Shown one piece after another: positions 1 to 8,054 of a stretch of DNA of 64,000 nucleotides (the first letter of the stretch is position 1; each line of letters begins with the position of its first letter). The notes beneath the pieces are model-generated. The model searched no databases. It saw nothing but the letters and a program-made list of their open reading frames with translations, and had not been told where the DNA came from. The stretch is from Caulobacteraceae bacterium (lineage in GTDB: Bacteria > Pseudomonadota > Alphaproteobacteria > Caulobacterales > Aquidulcibacteraceae). Location: contig JANPCV010000056.1 of assembly GCA_031431115.1 (NCBI GenBank), forward strand, positions 26,132 through 90,131, given 5' to 3'. Position numbers and translations under genes: made by a program.

Positions 1-591
1 AGAAATTGTCCGCGTTGCACGATTTTGCACAGCGCGGCGCGCGCGCAGGCTCCACGTTGGTGGGCGATCGCCAGTCGAGCAGATTGGGCAGCTTGTGTAG
101 ATGACGTTGCGAAGTTCGCTTTGGCCTTCGCCGCGGCTCACGGCGGCGCGCGCGGCCAACGTGCCACCATCACCAATGCGCGTGCGCAATTCACGCGCGG
201 CGCCGACATTCATCGCTTCGTCGGCTTCGATTTCTTCGGCGTAGGTGACGGAGCCATCTTCGAGCGCGATCTGCACATCGCCGATGGCGTGGATCTCGCC
301 AGTGTCGAGATTGTAGACGAGGCGGTCGGCCCGCATCGTGCGGCCCTGGTAACGAACTTGAACGTCACCTTGCGCGGTGATCGTGCGGGCTTCTTGATCG
401 TCGATGAGTTCGTCGGCTTCGAGGACGACGCTGTCATTCTGCTCGGCAGGCAGAGGCGGCACCGCGGTTTGAGCCTGCGCGATAGCGGTCGTGCTGACCG
501 TCATGGCCAGCGCTGCAGCTAACGCGGCCCAACCGAACGGCGTCCGTTCGGCCGGCCGGCCGGCCATCTCCCCCGAACGGCTCATTCGCAT
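1..591 (-). CDS. lptD: LPS-assembly outer-membrane protein LptD, N-terminal part (continues beyond window start)
   Basis: Absent from the ORF track because it has no stop in the window. My minus-strand translation from ATG 591/585/567 gives ...MAGRPAERTPFGWAALAAALAMTVSTTAIAQAQ (signal peptide), then VLEADELIDDQEARTITAQGDVQVRYQGRTMRADRLVYNLDTGEIHAIGDVQI...VIYTSCPIC..PPTWSLRARR. This is the OstA/LptD N-terminal domain pattern. The gene lies directly downstream of lptF-lptG. Confidence 0.8.
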   Translation of the reverse strand, partial: MRMSRSGEMAGRPAERTPFGWAALAAALAMTVSTTAIAQAQTAVPPLPAEQNDSVVLEADELIDDQEARTITAQGDVQVRYQGRTMRADRLVYNLDTGEIHAIGDVQIALEDGSVTYAEEIEADEAMNVGAARELRTRIGDGGTLAARAAVSRGEGQSELRNVIYTSCPICSTGDRPPTWSLRARRAVQNRATRTIS

Positions 592-690
592 CCCTTTAGC
601 GACTCCCCAGAATTTACCTAAACGTCTGACACGCAAGGCGTCTAGCGCCCGAAGCCGTACGGGGAATCGTTTCACACGGGCTGTTGCTGC

Positions 691-1791
691 TTAGCCGTCC
701 TCAACGAAGGCGACGAGGGCGAGGGCAATGAACATTCCGGCCAGCGGTGCGCTCCAGGCCGCTACGGCAGCTGGGACCGATTGGGTCATGGCGAAGGCCC
801 CGGCGAGCTGGCTGTAGAAGAACAGAAACAGTCCAATACTGACGCCAGCCGCGCCCCAGCGGGCGAGATTGCCAAGTCGTTGCAACTGCAGGGAGAACGC
901 CGCGCCCAGTCCCGCCATGGTTGCAAGGAGAAGCGGGTACGCCAGGAGGCTCTGCCACTTCATTTCGTAGCGGGTAGGCGCGAACCCCGCCTCACGGGCC
1001 TCACGGATGAACCCCGGCAGAGCCCAGAACGAGAGCGTCGCTGGGTTCACAAATCTGTTGATGAGTTCGGTGGCGTCCAGGGTCGTGGGGATCGCGAGGT
1101 GGGTTTGGCGCGTTGGCCGGCCGCCTGGCGTGGCCTCGACCAAGTCTGTTAGTTGCCAGAAGCCGGGCTTCAATTCGGCCGTCGAGGCCTCAATGCGCCG
1201 GACGAAGCGTAGGGCGTCCTGCTGCACCTCGAAGAACATGAAGGTCGCACCCTGCAATCTCGTGCCGCTTGGGTCGACGCCATCAGCGTGGATGACGACT
1301 TGCCCCTCGTCGTCACCCTGGCGGATCCAGACGCCGTTTTCGCCCGCGGCGGCTAACCGTTCGGAAAGCGCGTCCTGCTTTTCGGTTTCGAACTGCTGGT
1401 AGAAATATGCGCCGAGCGGGTTAAGCGACGTGATGGCGATGACGCCAAGGACGATGCCGACGAACGCTGCGGGCGTGAGGAAGCGCCAGGCGGAGACGCC
1501 AGATGCGCGCATGGCGACAAGTTCGCTGGCGCGGTTCAAGCCGATGATCGCCATCATCGTGCCGGCGAGCACGATGAATGGCAGCGTTTGCTCCACCAGC
1601 ATTGGTGTCTTCAACAGTGTGAGGCGGAGTGCTGCCAGTAGAGAGAGGTCGGTGCGTGAACCCACAGTGCGCATCTGCTCCACCAAGTCGATTAGCAGAA
1701 TACAAGCGAGCACTGCGACGAGTGCGATCAGCACGCCGCCGAACACGCGCGCGATGATGTAACGGCCCATGCGGGAGAGAAGGAAACTCAT
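691..1791 (-). CDS. lptG: LPS export ABC permease LptG
   Basis: 366-aa polytopic protein of the YjgP/YjgQ type (MSFLLSRMGRYIIARVFGG...). It overlaps the upstream lptF stop by 4 nt and lies in lptF-lptG-lptD order. Confidence 0.9.
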   Translation of the reverse strand: MSFLLSRMGRYIIARVFGGVLIALVAVLACILLIDLVEQMRTVGSRTDLSLLAALRLTLLKTPMLVEQTLPFIVLAGTMMAIIGLNRASELVAMRASGVSAWRFLTPAAFVGIVLGVIAITSLNPLGAYFYQQFETEKQDALSERLAAAGENGVWIRQGDDEGQVVIHADGVDPSGTRLQGATFMFFEVQQDALRFVRRIEASTAELKPGFWQLTDLVEATPGGRPTRQTHLAIPTTLDATELINRFVNPATLSFWALPGFIREAREAGFAPTRYEMKWQSLLAYPLLLATMAGLGAAFSLQLQRLGNLARWGAAGVSIGLFLFFYSQLAGAFAMTQSVPAAVAAWSAPLAGMFIALALVAFVEDG

Positions 1792-2918
1792 GCTTCCGCC
1801 CTCGCCAGAACCGAGGGTCCCATTTCGCGCCGCTTCCTTGATGAACCTTTGCCGCCGAGCACCACGCCAGAGATGACAATCACTGCGAGAGGCAGCGCGT
1901 ATTGGAGCGCATTGAGTTGCGGGTCATCGACTGCGGCCGCCTGGGTCACCAACGACGACAGCCTCACGACGAGCGCGATAGCCGAGGCCCACATAATCCG
2001 CCGTCCGTAACCGCGGCGGCTGAAATCGCCCATCAGAACGCCAATTATGGCAATGAGCGCCAGGGCGATGTTTAGGAGCGGCGCCGAGAGCCGGCCGTGT
2101 GCTTCGGAGAGAAATTCATTGATGTTGCGCTGGTCGTAGTGCGCGGTGCGATCTGGGAAGAACAGGTCAAATAGAGTTCGGTCAGACGCTTTCAGGAAGA
2201 AGAGATCAGGCTCGTCGAAGACACCGTCAAACTTTAGCACGTAGCGGTCGAAGTCGAGGACATCGACACCGCCTTGCTCAGTCTGCCTCTGCACTTGGCC
2301 GTCGCGCATGACGATTGCAGGCGCGCCCTCGATGGTGACGATCGCCCCTGCGCGTGCGGTGTACGTAATGCCTGGTGGGGTGCGGCTGTCATTGATCAGA
2401 AGATCGCGAAGCTCGCCGCCGCCGCCGCGCGAGCGCGCGTAGAGCGTCAGCCCGTCGGCCGGGTACGTGAATGAACCTTCCTCGACCAGGCTCGATGCGA
2501 TGTCGGTGCGAAGATCGTAGAAGACGTTTCGTCGTTCTTCGAACGACCACGGCTGGATGATGCAGTTGATCGCCAAGTGGATGATTGCGGCGAGCACAGC
2601 GAGTTGCATAATTGGCCGCGCTAGCCGCTGACGCGAGACGCCGGCGCCGTAGAGCACCGCGATCTCACTTTCGCTTTGCATCCGGTTCAGCGCGTAGACG
2701 ACGGCGATGAACAGCGCCATCGGCAGGATGAGCGAGATGAGCTGCGGCAGAGCGAGGATGGTCACCCACGCGAAGGCAAAGCCGGCGCGCCGGTTGGTGA
2801 CGATGATGTCGAGTTGGTTCAGACCCTGGGTAAGAATGGCGATCGCAGCCAGCGCCCCCAGGATCGCCAGGAGCGGACCCAGCGATTGCCGGAACACATA
2901 GGTAGAAATCGTGTTCAT
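1788..2918 (-). CDS. lptF: LPS export ABC permease LptF
   Basis: 376-aa YjgP/YjgQ-family permease (MNTISTYVFRQSLGPLL...). It is divergent from pepA, which is the conserved alphaproteobacterial arrangement. Confidence 0.9.
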   Translation of the reverse strand: MNTISTYVFRQSLGPLLAILGALAAIAILTQGLNQLDIIVTNRRAGFAFAWVTILALPQLISLILPMALFIAVVYALNRMQSESEIAVLYGAGVSRQRLARPIMQLAVLAAIIHLAINCIIQPWSFEERRNVFYDLRTDIASSLVEEGSFTYPADGLTLYARSRGGGGELRDLLINDSRTPPGITYTARAGAIVTIEGAPAIVMRDGQVQRQTEQGGVDVLDFDRYVLKFDGVFDEPDLFFLKASDRTLFDLFFPDRTAHYDQRNINEFLSEAHGRLSAPLLNIALALIAIIGVLMGDFSRRGYGRRIMWASAIALVVRLSSLVTQAAAVDDPQLNALQYALPLAVIVISGVVLGGKGSSRKRREMGPSVLARAEA

Positions 2919-3082
2919 CGCGTCCCTGGTAGTCCCTTACTTTGGGCGCCGGCGCCCACCCACTGACTAACCGCCGCACTCAGCTTTTCAATTGCTTCGG
3001 GCATGGCTACCACAGCGCCGGACCAAGGTTGAAGCGGGCGTAGGATCCTCTTCCCTTTCCCAACCGAGCACATGGGGAATTT

Positions 3083-4573
3083 ATGGACATCCGTTTTGTG
3101 ACCGCTGGTAGCGGCGACGTTGTGGCGGTGATGGCGACGGACGGGGGCGAACTGCTCGCCGCCGGCAAGGCGCTGGACGCGGCCGCGGGCGGTCGTATCG
3201 CGAAGGCAATGAAAGCTGCGAATTTCAAAGGCGGGGCCGGGCAGGTCGCCGACGTACTGGCGCCGGACGGCGTAGATTTCGGCCGCGTGCTCGTGATTGG
3301 CGTAGGCAGGGCCGATGCTGCTGACGGTATGGCGGTAGAGCGCTGGGCGGGACACGCGGTGAAGCGGGTGCTGACCTCCGGGGCCGAGAAGCTGGTTCTC
3401 CAGCCTGACGCGCTGCCGAGTGTTTCGAAGGCAGAGGCCGGCTCGCATGCCGCAATGGGCGCGCGCCTCGCCGCCTATCGCTTCGACACCTATCGCACCA
3501 AGTTGAAGCCCGAGCAGAAGCCGACGCTCACGGCCGTCGAAATTTCGATGGACGGTCCGGCGGCAGCCAAAGCGCGCGCCGAGAAAGATGCGGCGATCGT
3601 TGAAGGCGTGTTCTTCGCCCGCGATCTCGTCAGCGAGCCGCCAAATGTTCTCTATCCGGAGAGCTTCGCGGAACGGCTACGCGACCTCGAAACCATCGGA
3701 GTCGAGGTCGATATCCTCGAGCCGGCTGCCATGGAACGCTTGGGCATGGGCGCGCTTTTGGGCGTTGCGCAGGGCTCGGCGCGGCCTGCTCGCATGGTCG
3801 CGATGAAATGGAATGGCGGCTCGAAGGGCTCCAAGCCAGTGGCGCTGGTCGGCAAGGGCGTGACGTTCGATACGGGCGGCATTTCGCTAAAGCCCGGCGG
3901 TGGCATGGACGAAATGAAGGGCGACATGGGCGGCGCCGCTGCCGTCGCCGGAGCGATGAAGGCGCTCGCGCTGCGCAAGGCGAAAGCTAATGTCGTTGGG
4001 ATCGTCGCGCTTGTTGAGAACATGCCAGGCGCCAACGCGCAGCGGCCGGGCGATATCGTCAACACGATGTCTGGTCAGACGATCGAAGTCCTGAATACCG
4101 ACGCTGAAGGGCGTCTCATCCTTGCGGACGCGGTTTGGTATGCACAGGACAAGTACGATCCTTCAGTGCTTATCGATCTTGCTACGCTGACTGGCGCCGT
4201 CATCGTGGCGCTTGGCCACGAGAATGCGGGCATGTTCTCGAATGACGAAGACCTGGCGCACGCGATCACGGTCGCCGGTCAAGCCGAGGGCGAGCCAGTG
4301 TGGCGTTTGCCGCTCAGCGCCGCCTACGACAAGCTGATCGACACGCCGAATGCGGACATGAAAAACATCGCCGGCAAGCCGGTGGCAGGCTCGATTGTTG
4401 GCGCGCAATTCATCAAGCGCTTCATCAAAGACGGCACGCCGTGGGCGCACCTTGATATCGCCGGCACAGCTTGGAAGTCGGGACCGTACGAAGACCCGCT
4501 CTCGCCGGCTTGGGCGACTGGTTACGGCGTGCGGTTGCTCAATCGTTTGATCCAGAATCGCTACGAGGATTAG
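3083..4573 (+). CDS. pepA: Leucyl aminopeptidase (M17)
   Basis: 496 aa with the M17 motifs VGKGVTFDTGGISLKP and NTDAEGRLILAD. Confidence 0.95.
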   Translation: MDIRFVTAGSGDVVAVMATDGGELLAAGKALDAAAGGRIAKAMKAANFKGGAGQVADVLAPDGVDFGRVLVIGVGRADAADGMAVERWAGHAVKRVLTSGAEKLVLQPDALPSVSKAEAGSHAAMGARLAAYRFDTYRTKLKPEQKPTLTAVEISMDGPAAAKARAEKDAAIVEGVFFARDLVSEPPNVLYPESFAERLRDLETIGVEVDILEPAAMERLGMGALLGVAQGSARPARMVAMKWNGGSKGSKPVALVGKGVTFDTGGISLKPGGGMDEMKGDMGGAAAVAGAMKALALRKAKANVVGIVALVENMPGANAQRPGDIVNTMSGQTIEVLNTDAEGRLILADAVWYAQDKYDPSVLIDLATLTGAVIVALGHENAGMFSNDEDLAHAITVAGQAEGEPVWRLPLSAAYDKLIDTPNADMKNIAGKPVAGSIVGAQFIKRFIKDGTPWAHLDIAGTAWKSGPYEDPLSPAWATGYGVRLLNRLIQNRYED

Positions 4574-4831
4574 GTGCCGCGAAAGATCATCCTTCGCTGG
4601 GACGATCCGACATTCGAACTGTCTCCTCGCATCAAGGACATGGGCGAAGACCTATGGAGCGAGTTGAGGAACGGCGGTATGGGCTCGGCCGATATCTCAG
4701 AGATCGATGCGGCGAAGGATCACTTCAACGTGCTGGTCACATCCCGGATGCTCGGGCCGGCGACGGAGCTGATCCGGAGCAAGCTTAAACACCACAACCT
4801 TTCTGACGTCGTGAGGATTGAGAGAGGCTGA
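4574..4831 (+). CDS. Hypothetical 85-aa protein inserted between pepA and holC
   Basis: The ORF exactly fills the pepA-holC gap. Its GTG start directly follows the pepA TAG, and its TGA overlaps the holC ATG (TGATG). I recognise no family. Codon usage is less GC3-biased than its neighbours. Confidence 0.5.
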   Translation: MPRKIILRWDDPTFELSPRIKDMGEDLWSELRNGGMGSADISEIDAAKDHFNVLVTSRMLGPATELIRSKLKHHNLSDVVRIERG

Positions 4832-5274
4832 TGGCTGAACTCTGGTTCTACCATCTTGAGCGCAGCGTTCTCGAACGCGCGCTGCCGCCATTGTTGGAGA
4901 AATCCCTCCAACGCGGCTGGCGGGCGTTGGTGCGCGCGCGCTCGAGCGAACGCCTCGAACAACTCGACACTGCGATCTGGACGTTTCGTGATGACAGCTT
5001 CGTGCCACACGGCCGCGAAGGCGATCCGGCAAAGCAACCCGTCTGGCTGACGGTGGAGACCGGCAATCCAAACGGCGCGCAAGCGCTCTTCATAGTAGAT
5101 GACGCAGAACCTGGCGATCTTGCCGGGTTTGAGCGCGCCTGTTTGATCTTTGATGGCCGTGATCCGGCCGCCTTGGAATCGGCCCGATCACGCTGGAAAC
5201 AGGCAAAAGAAGCGGGCATTACCGCGTCATATTGGAAAGAGAGCGCCGCCGGGCGCTGGGAGAAGCAGCAATGA
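4831..5274 (+). CDS. holC: DNA polymerase III subunit chi
   Basis: 147 aa beginning MAELWFYHLERS...LDTAIWTFRDDSFVPHG, typical of HolC, with conserved pepA-holC synteny. Confidence 0.9.
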   Translation: MAELWFYHLERSVLERALPPLLEKSLQRGWRALVRARSSERLEQLDTAIWTFRDDSFVPHGREGDPAKQPVWLTVETGNPNGAQALFIVDDAEPGDLAGFERACLIFDGRDPAALESARSRWKQAKEAGITASYWKESAAGRWEKQQ

Positions 5275-5600
5275 TGCGCTGGGTTTTGGCGGGGATTGTT
5301 GTCATCGGCCTTGCCGCGTGCGGCGGAGGTTATCAGCGCGATCTGACCTACCGCGAGTTAGACGGGATCGCGCGCCGCTCGACTGAAGAACAGATCAACC
5401 GCCCGCCGCCCGATACCTGCCAGATGGCGGCCCATCAGAGCTTGGCTGGAACCGTTGGCGCCGAAATCGATCGTACGGCGTTACCCGCTGGTGCGCGCGT
5501 GATTTGCCATGATTGTTCCGTGACCATGGACTACCGCGCCGACCGCCTGAATATCGATCTCGGCGCGGACGGCAAGGTGACTAGGTTGCACTGCGGTTGA
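5271..5600 (+). CDS. Peptidase inhibitor I78 family lipoprotein (paralog 1)
   Basis: The start is ATG 5271, overlapping the holC stop (ATGA). Lipobox VIGLAAC. I78-like core C-x3-A-x5-G...LPAGARVI..D..VTMDYRADRLNIDL.ADGKVTRLHCG. Confidence 0.75.
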   Translation: MMRWVLAGIVVIGLAACGGGYQRDLTYRELDGIARRSTEEQINRPPPDTCQMAAHQSLAGTVGAEIDRTALPAGARVICHDCSVTMDYRADRLNIDLGADGKVTRLHCG

Positions 5601-5620
5601 GCGCGCGAGGAGTGAAACAC

Positions 5621-5953
5621 ATGCGTAAGTTCTTCCTGATTGCGACCTGCGCCGCCGCGCTCGCGGCTTGCGGCGAGACGACAGTTTCGACCCCCGCCGC
5701 CCCTGAAACGGAGGTTGCCGAGGCGCCGGCCGCGCCGACCAATGCCGCCGAAGCGACTGCGCAAGACACGTGCGGCGCCGCCGCTCACCTGGCGCTTGTC
5801 GGGACGTCAGCGAGTGCGATTGATCTCGCCACGCTTCCGGCCGGCACGCGGATCGTAACGCCTGAGACGATGGTCACGCAGGATTTTGTGCCGGCGCGTC
5901 TCAACATCACCACCAGCACCGACGGCGACGTCGCATCGCTCAACTGTTACTGA
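5621..5953 (+). CDS. Peptidase inhibitor I78 family lipoprotein (paralog 2)
   Basis: ATG 5621 is preceded by GAGGAG with 8-nt spacing. Lipobox ALAAC. Core TCGAAAHLALVG...LPAGTRIVTPETMVTQDFVPARLNI..DGDVASLNCY. Confidence 0.75.
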   Translation: MRKFFLIATCAAALAACGETTVSTPAAPETEVAEAPAAPTNAAEATAQDTCGAAAHLALVGTSASAIDLATLPAGTRIVTPETMVTQDFVPARLNITTSTDGDVASLNCY

Positions 5954-5965
5954 GGAGGTCCAATC

Positions 5966-6274
5966 ATGCGTGCAGTATTGATGGCCTGCGCCGCCTTCGC
6001 GCTCGTTGCCTGCGGCCAAACCACGACGCCAGTCTCGACTGAAGCGCCGGTGACGACTGCGCAAACGCCAGCTGAGGCGGCGGCACAAGATGCGTGCGGC
6101 AGGTCGCAATACAGCGCCCTGGTCGGCACAAATATCGCTGCGGCGACATTCCCTGCCGGCAGCAACATCCGCATCATCCGGCCCGAAACGCCGGTGACGC
6201 AGGACTTTAGCGCTGAACGACTCAACGTCCTCACCGACGCGAACGGCGTGATCACCGCGCTTGAATGCTATTGA
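5966..6274 (+). CDS. Peptidase inhibitor I78 family lipoprotein (paralog 3)
   Basis: GAGGAGG sits upstream of the ATG. Lipobox ALVAC. Core ACGRSQYSALVG...FPAGSNIRIIRPETPVTQDFSAERLNVLTDANGVITALECY. Confidence 0.75.
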   Translation: MRAVLMACAAFALVACGQTTTPVSTEAPVTTAQTPAEAAAQDACGRSQYSALVGTNIAAATFPAGSNIRIIRPETPVTQDFSAERLNVLTDANGVITALECY

Positions 6275-6281
6275 TGACCGG

Positions 6282-6305
6282 TGCGGCGCAGGAAACTGCG
6301 CCGCA
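6282..6305 (+). terminator. Hairpin after the I78 triplet
   Basis: Perfect 10-bp stem TGCGGCGCAG-gaaa-CTGCGCCGCA located 8 nt after the stop. It has only a weak U tract. Confidence 0.5.
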
Positions 6306-6455
6306 AGCGGCTTTGTGAGGGGCTGAGCTCAATAGGCGAACGGCCCACCGTCGCGCGCCAACGAGACATAATCGGGTGCTTCTGACGCACTTGGCGGCTT
6401 GCTGCGGTGCAGCTATAGACCCGGCTCGCAATTTTAATCCGGAGCCCATCGAGCC

Positions 6456-6878
6456 ATGGCCGTCGAACGCACACTGTCCATCATTAAGCCAGACGCGACC
6501 AAGCGTAACCTGACGGGCGCGGTTAACGCGGTCATCGAGAAGGCCGGCCTCCGCGTTATTGCTCAAAAGCGCATTTGGTTGTCCGAAGGCCAAGCCGAAG
6601 GCTTCTACGCGGTCCACAAGGAACGTCCGTTCTTCCGCGATCTCGTGACCTTCATGATTTCAGGTCCGGTCGTCGTTCAGGCGCTTGAAGGCGAAGACGC
6701 CGTCGCGAAGTATCGCGACGTGATGGGCGCCACGAACCCGGCCAATGCCGCTGAAGGCACGATCCGCAAGCAATTCGCGGAATCGATCGAGGCCAACACG
6801 GTTCACGGCTCGGACAGCCTCGAGAACGCCGCGCGCGAGATCGAGTTCTTCTTCGCCGACCAAGAAATCGTCGGCTGA
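6456..6878 (+). CDS. ndk: Nucleoside diphosphate kinase
   Basis: 140 aa with [11 protein letters not shown]...NTVHGSDS, full-length NDK signatures. Confidence 0.97.
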   Translation: MAVERTLSIIKPDATKRNLTGAVNAVIEKAGLRVIAQKRIWLSEGQAEGFYAVHKERPFFRDLVTFMISGPVVVQALEGEDAVAKYRDVMGATNPANAAEGTIRKQFAESIEANTVHGSDSLENAAREIEFFFADQEIVG

Positions 6879-6900
6879 GCCAAGCTCGAGGCCCAAAATT

Positions 6901-6937
6901 AAAGCGCGGCGCTTTCGGGCGCCGCGCTTTTGTTTTG
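6901..6937. terminator. Bidirectional rho-independent terminator between ndk and a convergent small ORF
   Basis: AAAGCGCGGCGC-tttcgg-GCGCCGCGCTTT followed by TGTTTTG. The A and T runs on both sides allow it to function for either strand. Confidence 0.8.
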
Positions 6938-6939
6938 CG

Positions 6940-7080
6940 CTATTTCTTGTTTTTGCCGGTGGCGTTCGGGTTGAGCGGGCGACCGGCCTGACCGACTTGC
7001 CCAGGAGGCGCTGCCGTGCCGCCGAGCTTCTTGCCGCCTGCCGCCGGTTTCGCCGGGCCGCTCGTCTTCTTGTCTGCCAT
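6940..7080 (-). CDS. Small 46-aa Lys/Gly/Pro-rich protein (hypothetical)
   Basis: Below the ORF-track size cutoff. My translation is MADKKTSGPAKPAAGGKKLGGTAAPPGQVGQAGRPLNPNATGKNKK. GAGGAG lies 8 nt upstream of the ATG, GC3 is about 78%, and the ORF ends just before the terminator hairpin. Confidence 0.5.
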   Translation of the reverse strand: MADKKTSGPAKPAAGGKKLGGTAAPPGQVGQAGRPLNPNATGKNKK

Positions 7081-7139
7081 CTACGCGCTCCTCTGAGGGT
7101 TGCCTCATAGAGCTAGGACGCCTTGTGAGTGTCCGCTAG

Positions 7140-7949
7140 CTATTTGCGCGCGATAATTTCGAGCACGAGCGGCGTCACCATCAATGTGCCGGGCTGTGCG
7201 CTGACGCGGGCGAACTCGTCTCGCATGTCCTTGGCGATTTGCGGGGTGATGCGTTCGAGTTCGAGCAGGCGGTCGATGTGGATATCGAAGAAGCCGATGG
7301 GCCAGCGCCAGACATTGTCGTCCTTCGAAACCACGTCGACGTAGGGTTTCAGGCTCTCAACCTTCAGTCCCATTTCGGTAAGCAACGCGGGCAAGTGGCG
7401 CGCAATGTCCGGCTCACCGCCGGAAGCGCGCCAGTTGGCTGAGACCTCATCCACGAACTTTTCGAAGTTCGGCGCCGGCGGGGCGAGCTTCCAGGTCTGG
7501 TAGTCCAGGTACTCGTGAAACACGAGCGTGCCGCCCGGCTTCAAGGCGTTGACGAGCTTTTGTAGCGCCGCTTTTGGCTTGGGCAGGAACGCAAAGATCC
7601 AACGGGCCCAGGCGGCGTCGGCGCCTGTCACCGGAATGTCATCTGTGACGACGTCGATCTCGTGTGTCTTCACTTGCGTGAAGCCGCGCGCCTTCGCTTG
7701 TGCTTCCAGCGTGTCGAGAAAGCGCCGCGAGCGTTCGAGTGCGTGCACCTCACCGGTGGGACCCACCATTTCGGCGAGGTCCATCGTCGCGAAGCCGGGG
7801 CCTGCGCCGAAATCAATGACTTTGCAGCCATCGCCGATCTTCGCGCGCGCCCAAGCATCAAGGGCGCGGGGGCGCCATACGCGATGTTGGTAGCCGAGCC
7901 GGTAGATTTCATCGTCGTGCGTGCCAAGCACGTAATCGCGTTCAGCCAT
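7140..7949 (-). CDS. Class I SAM-dependent methyltransferase
   Basis: 269 aa with motif I VIDFGAGPGFAT and post-I/II elements (LKPGGTLVF). Confidence 0.8.
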   Translation of the reverse strand: MAERDYVLGTHDDEIYRLGYQHRVWRPRALDAWARAKIGDGCKVIDFGAGPGFATMDLAEMVGPTGEVHALERSRRFLDTLEAQAKARGFTQVKTHEIDVVTDDIPVTGADAAWARWIFAFLPKPKAALQKLVNALKPGGTLVFHEYLDYQTWKLAPPAPNFEKFVDEVSANWRASGGEPDIARHLPALLTEMGLKVESLKPYVDVVSKDDNVWRWPIGFFDIHIDRLLELERITPQIAKDMRDEFARVSAQPGTLMVTPLVLEIIARK

Positions 7950-8054
7950 TTTAATCGCTCCTTGGAGAGATATAGGCGCGGGCAGGTCGTCCGTCTTGCC
8001 TTGCCGATCACGGCGGCGCGCGCATAATGCCGTGGCGAGCTCAGGAGAGACGCG

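Noticed and set aside
25-522. 165-aa plus-strand ORF at the window start.
   Set aside because: It is antisense to the LptD N-terminal coding region, which gives a convincing OstA-domain translation. The 165-aa product has no motif and an Arg/Ala-rich composition typical of wrong-frame high-GC ORFs.
6745-7110. ORF-track candidates 6745..7110 (+) and 6899..7108 (-) in the ndk-methyltransferase gap.
   Set aside because: The first overlaps the ndk 3' end and both read through the strong terminator hairpin at 6901-6930. The 46-aa ORF 6940..7080 has a strong SD and stops before the hairpin, so it explains the region better.
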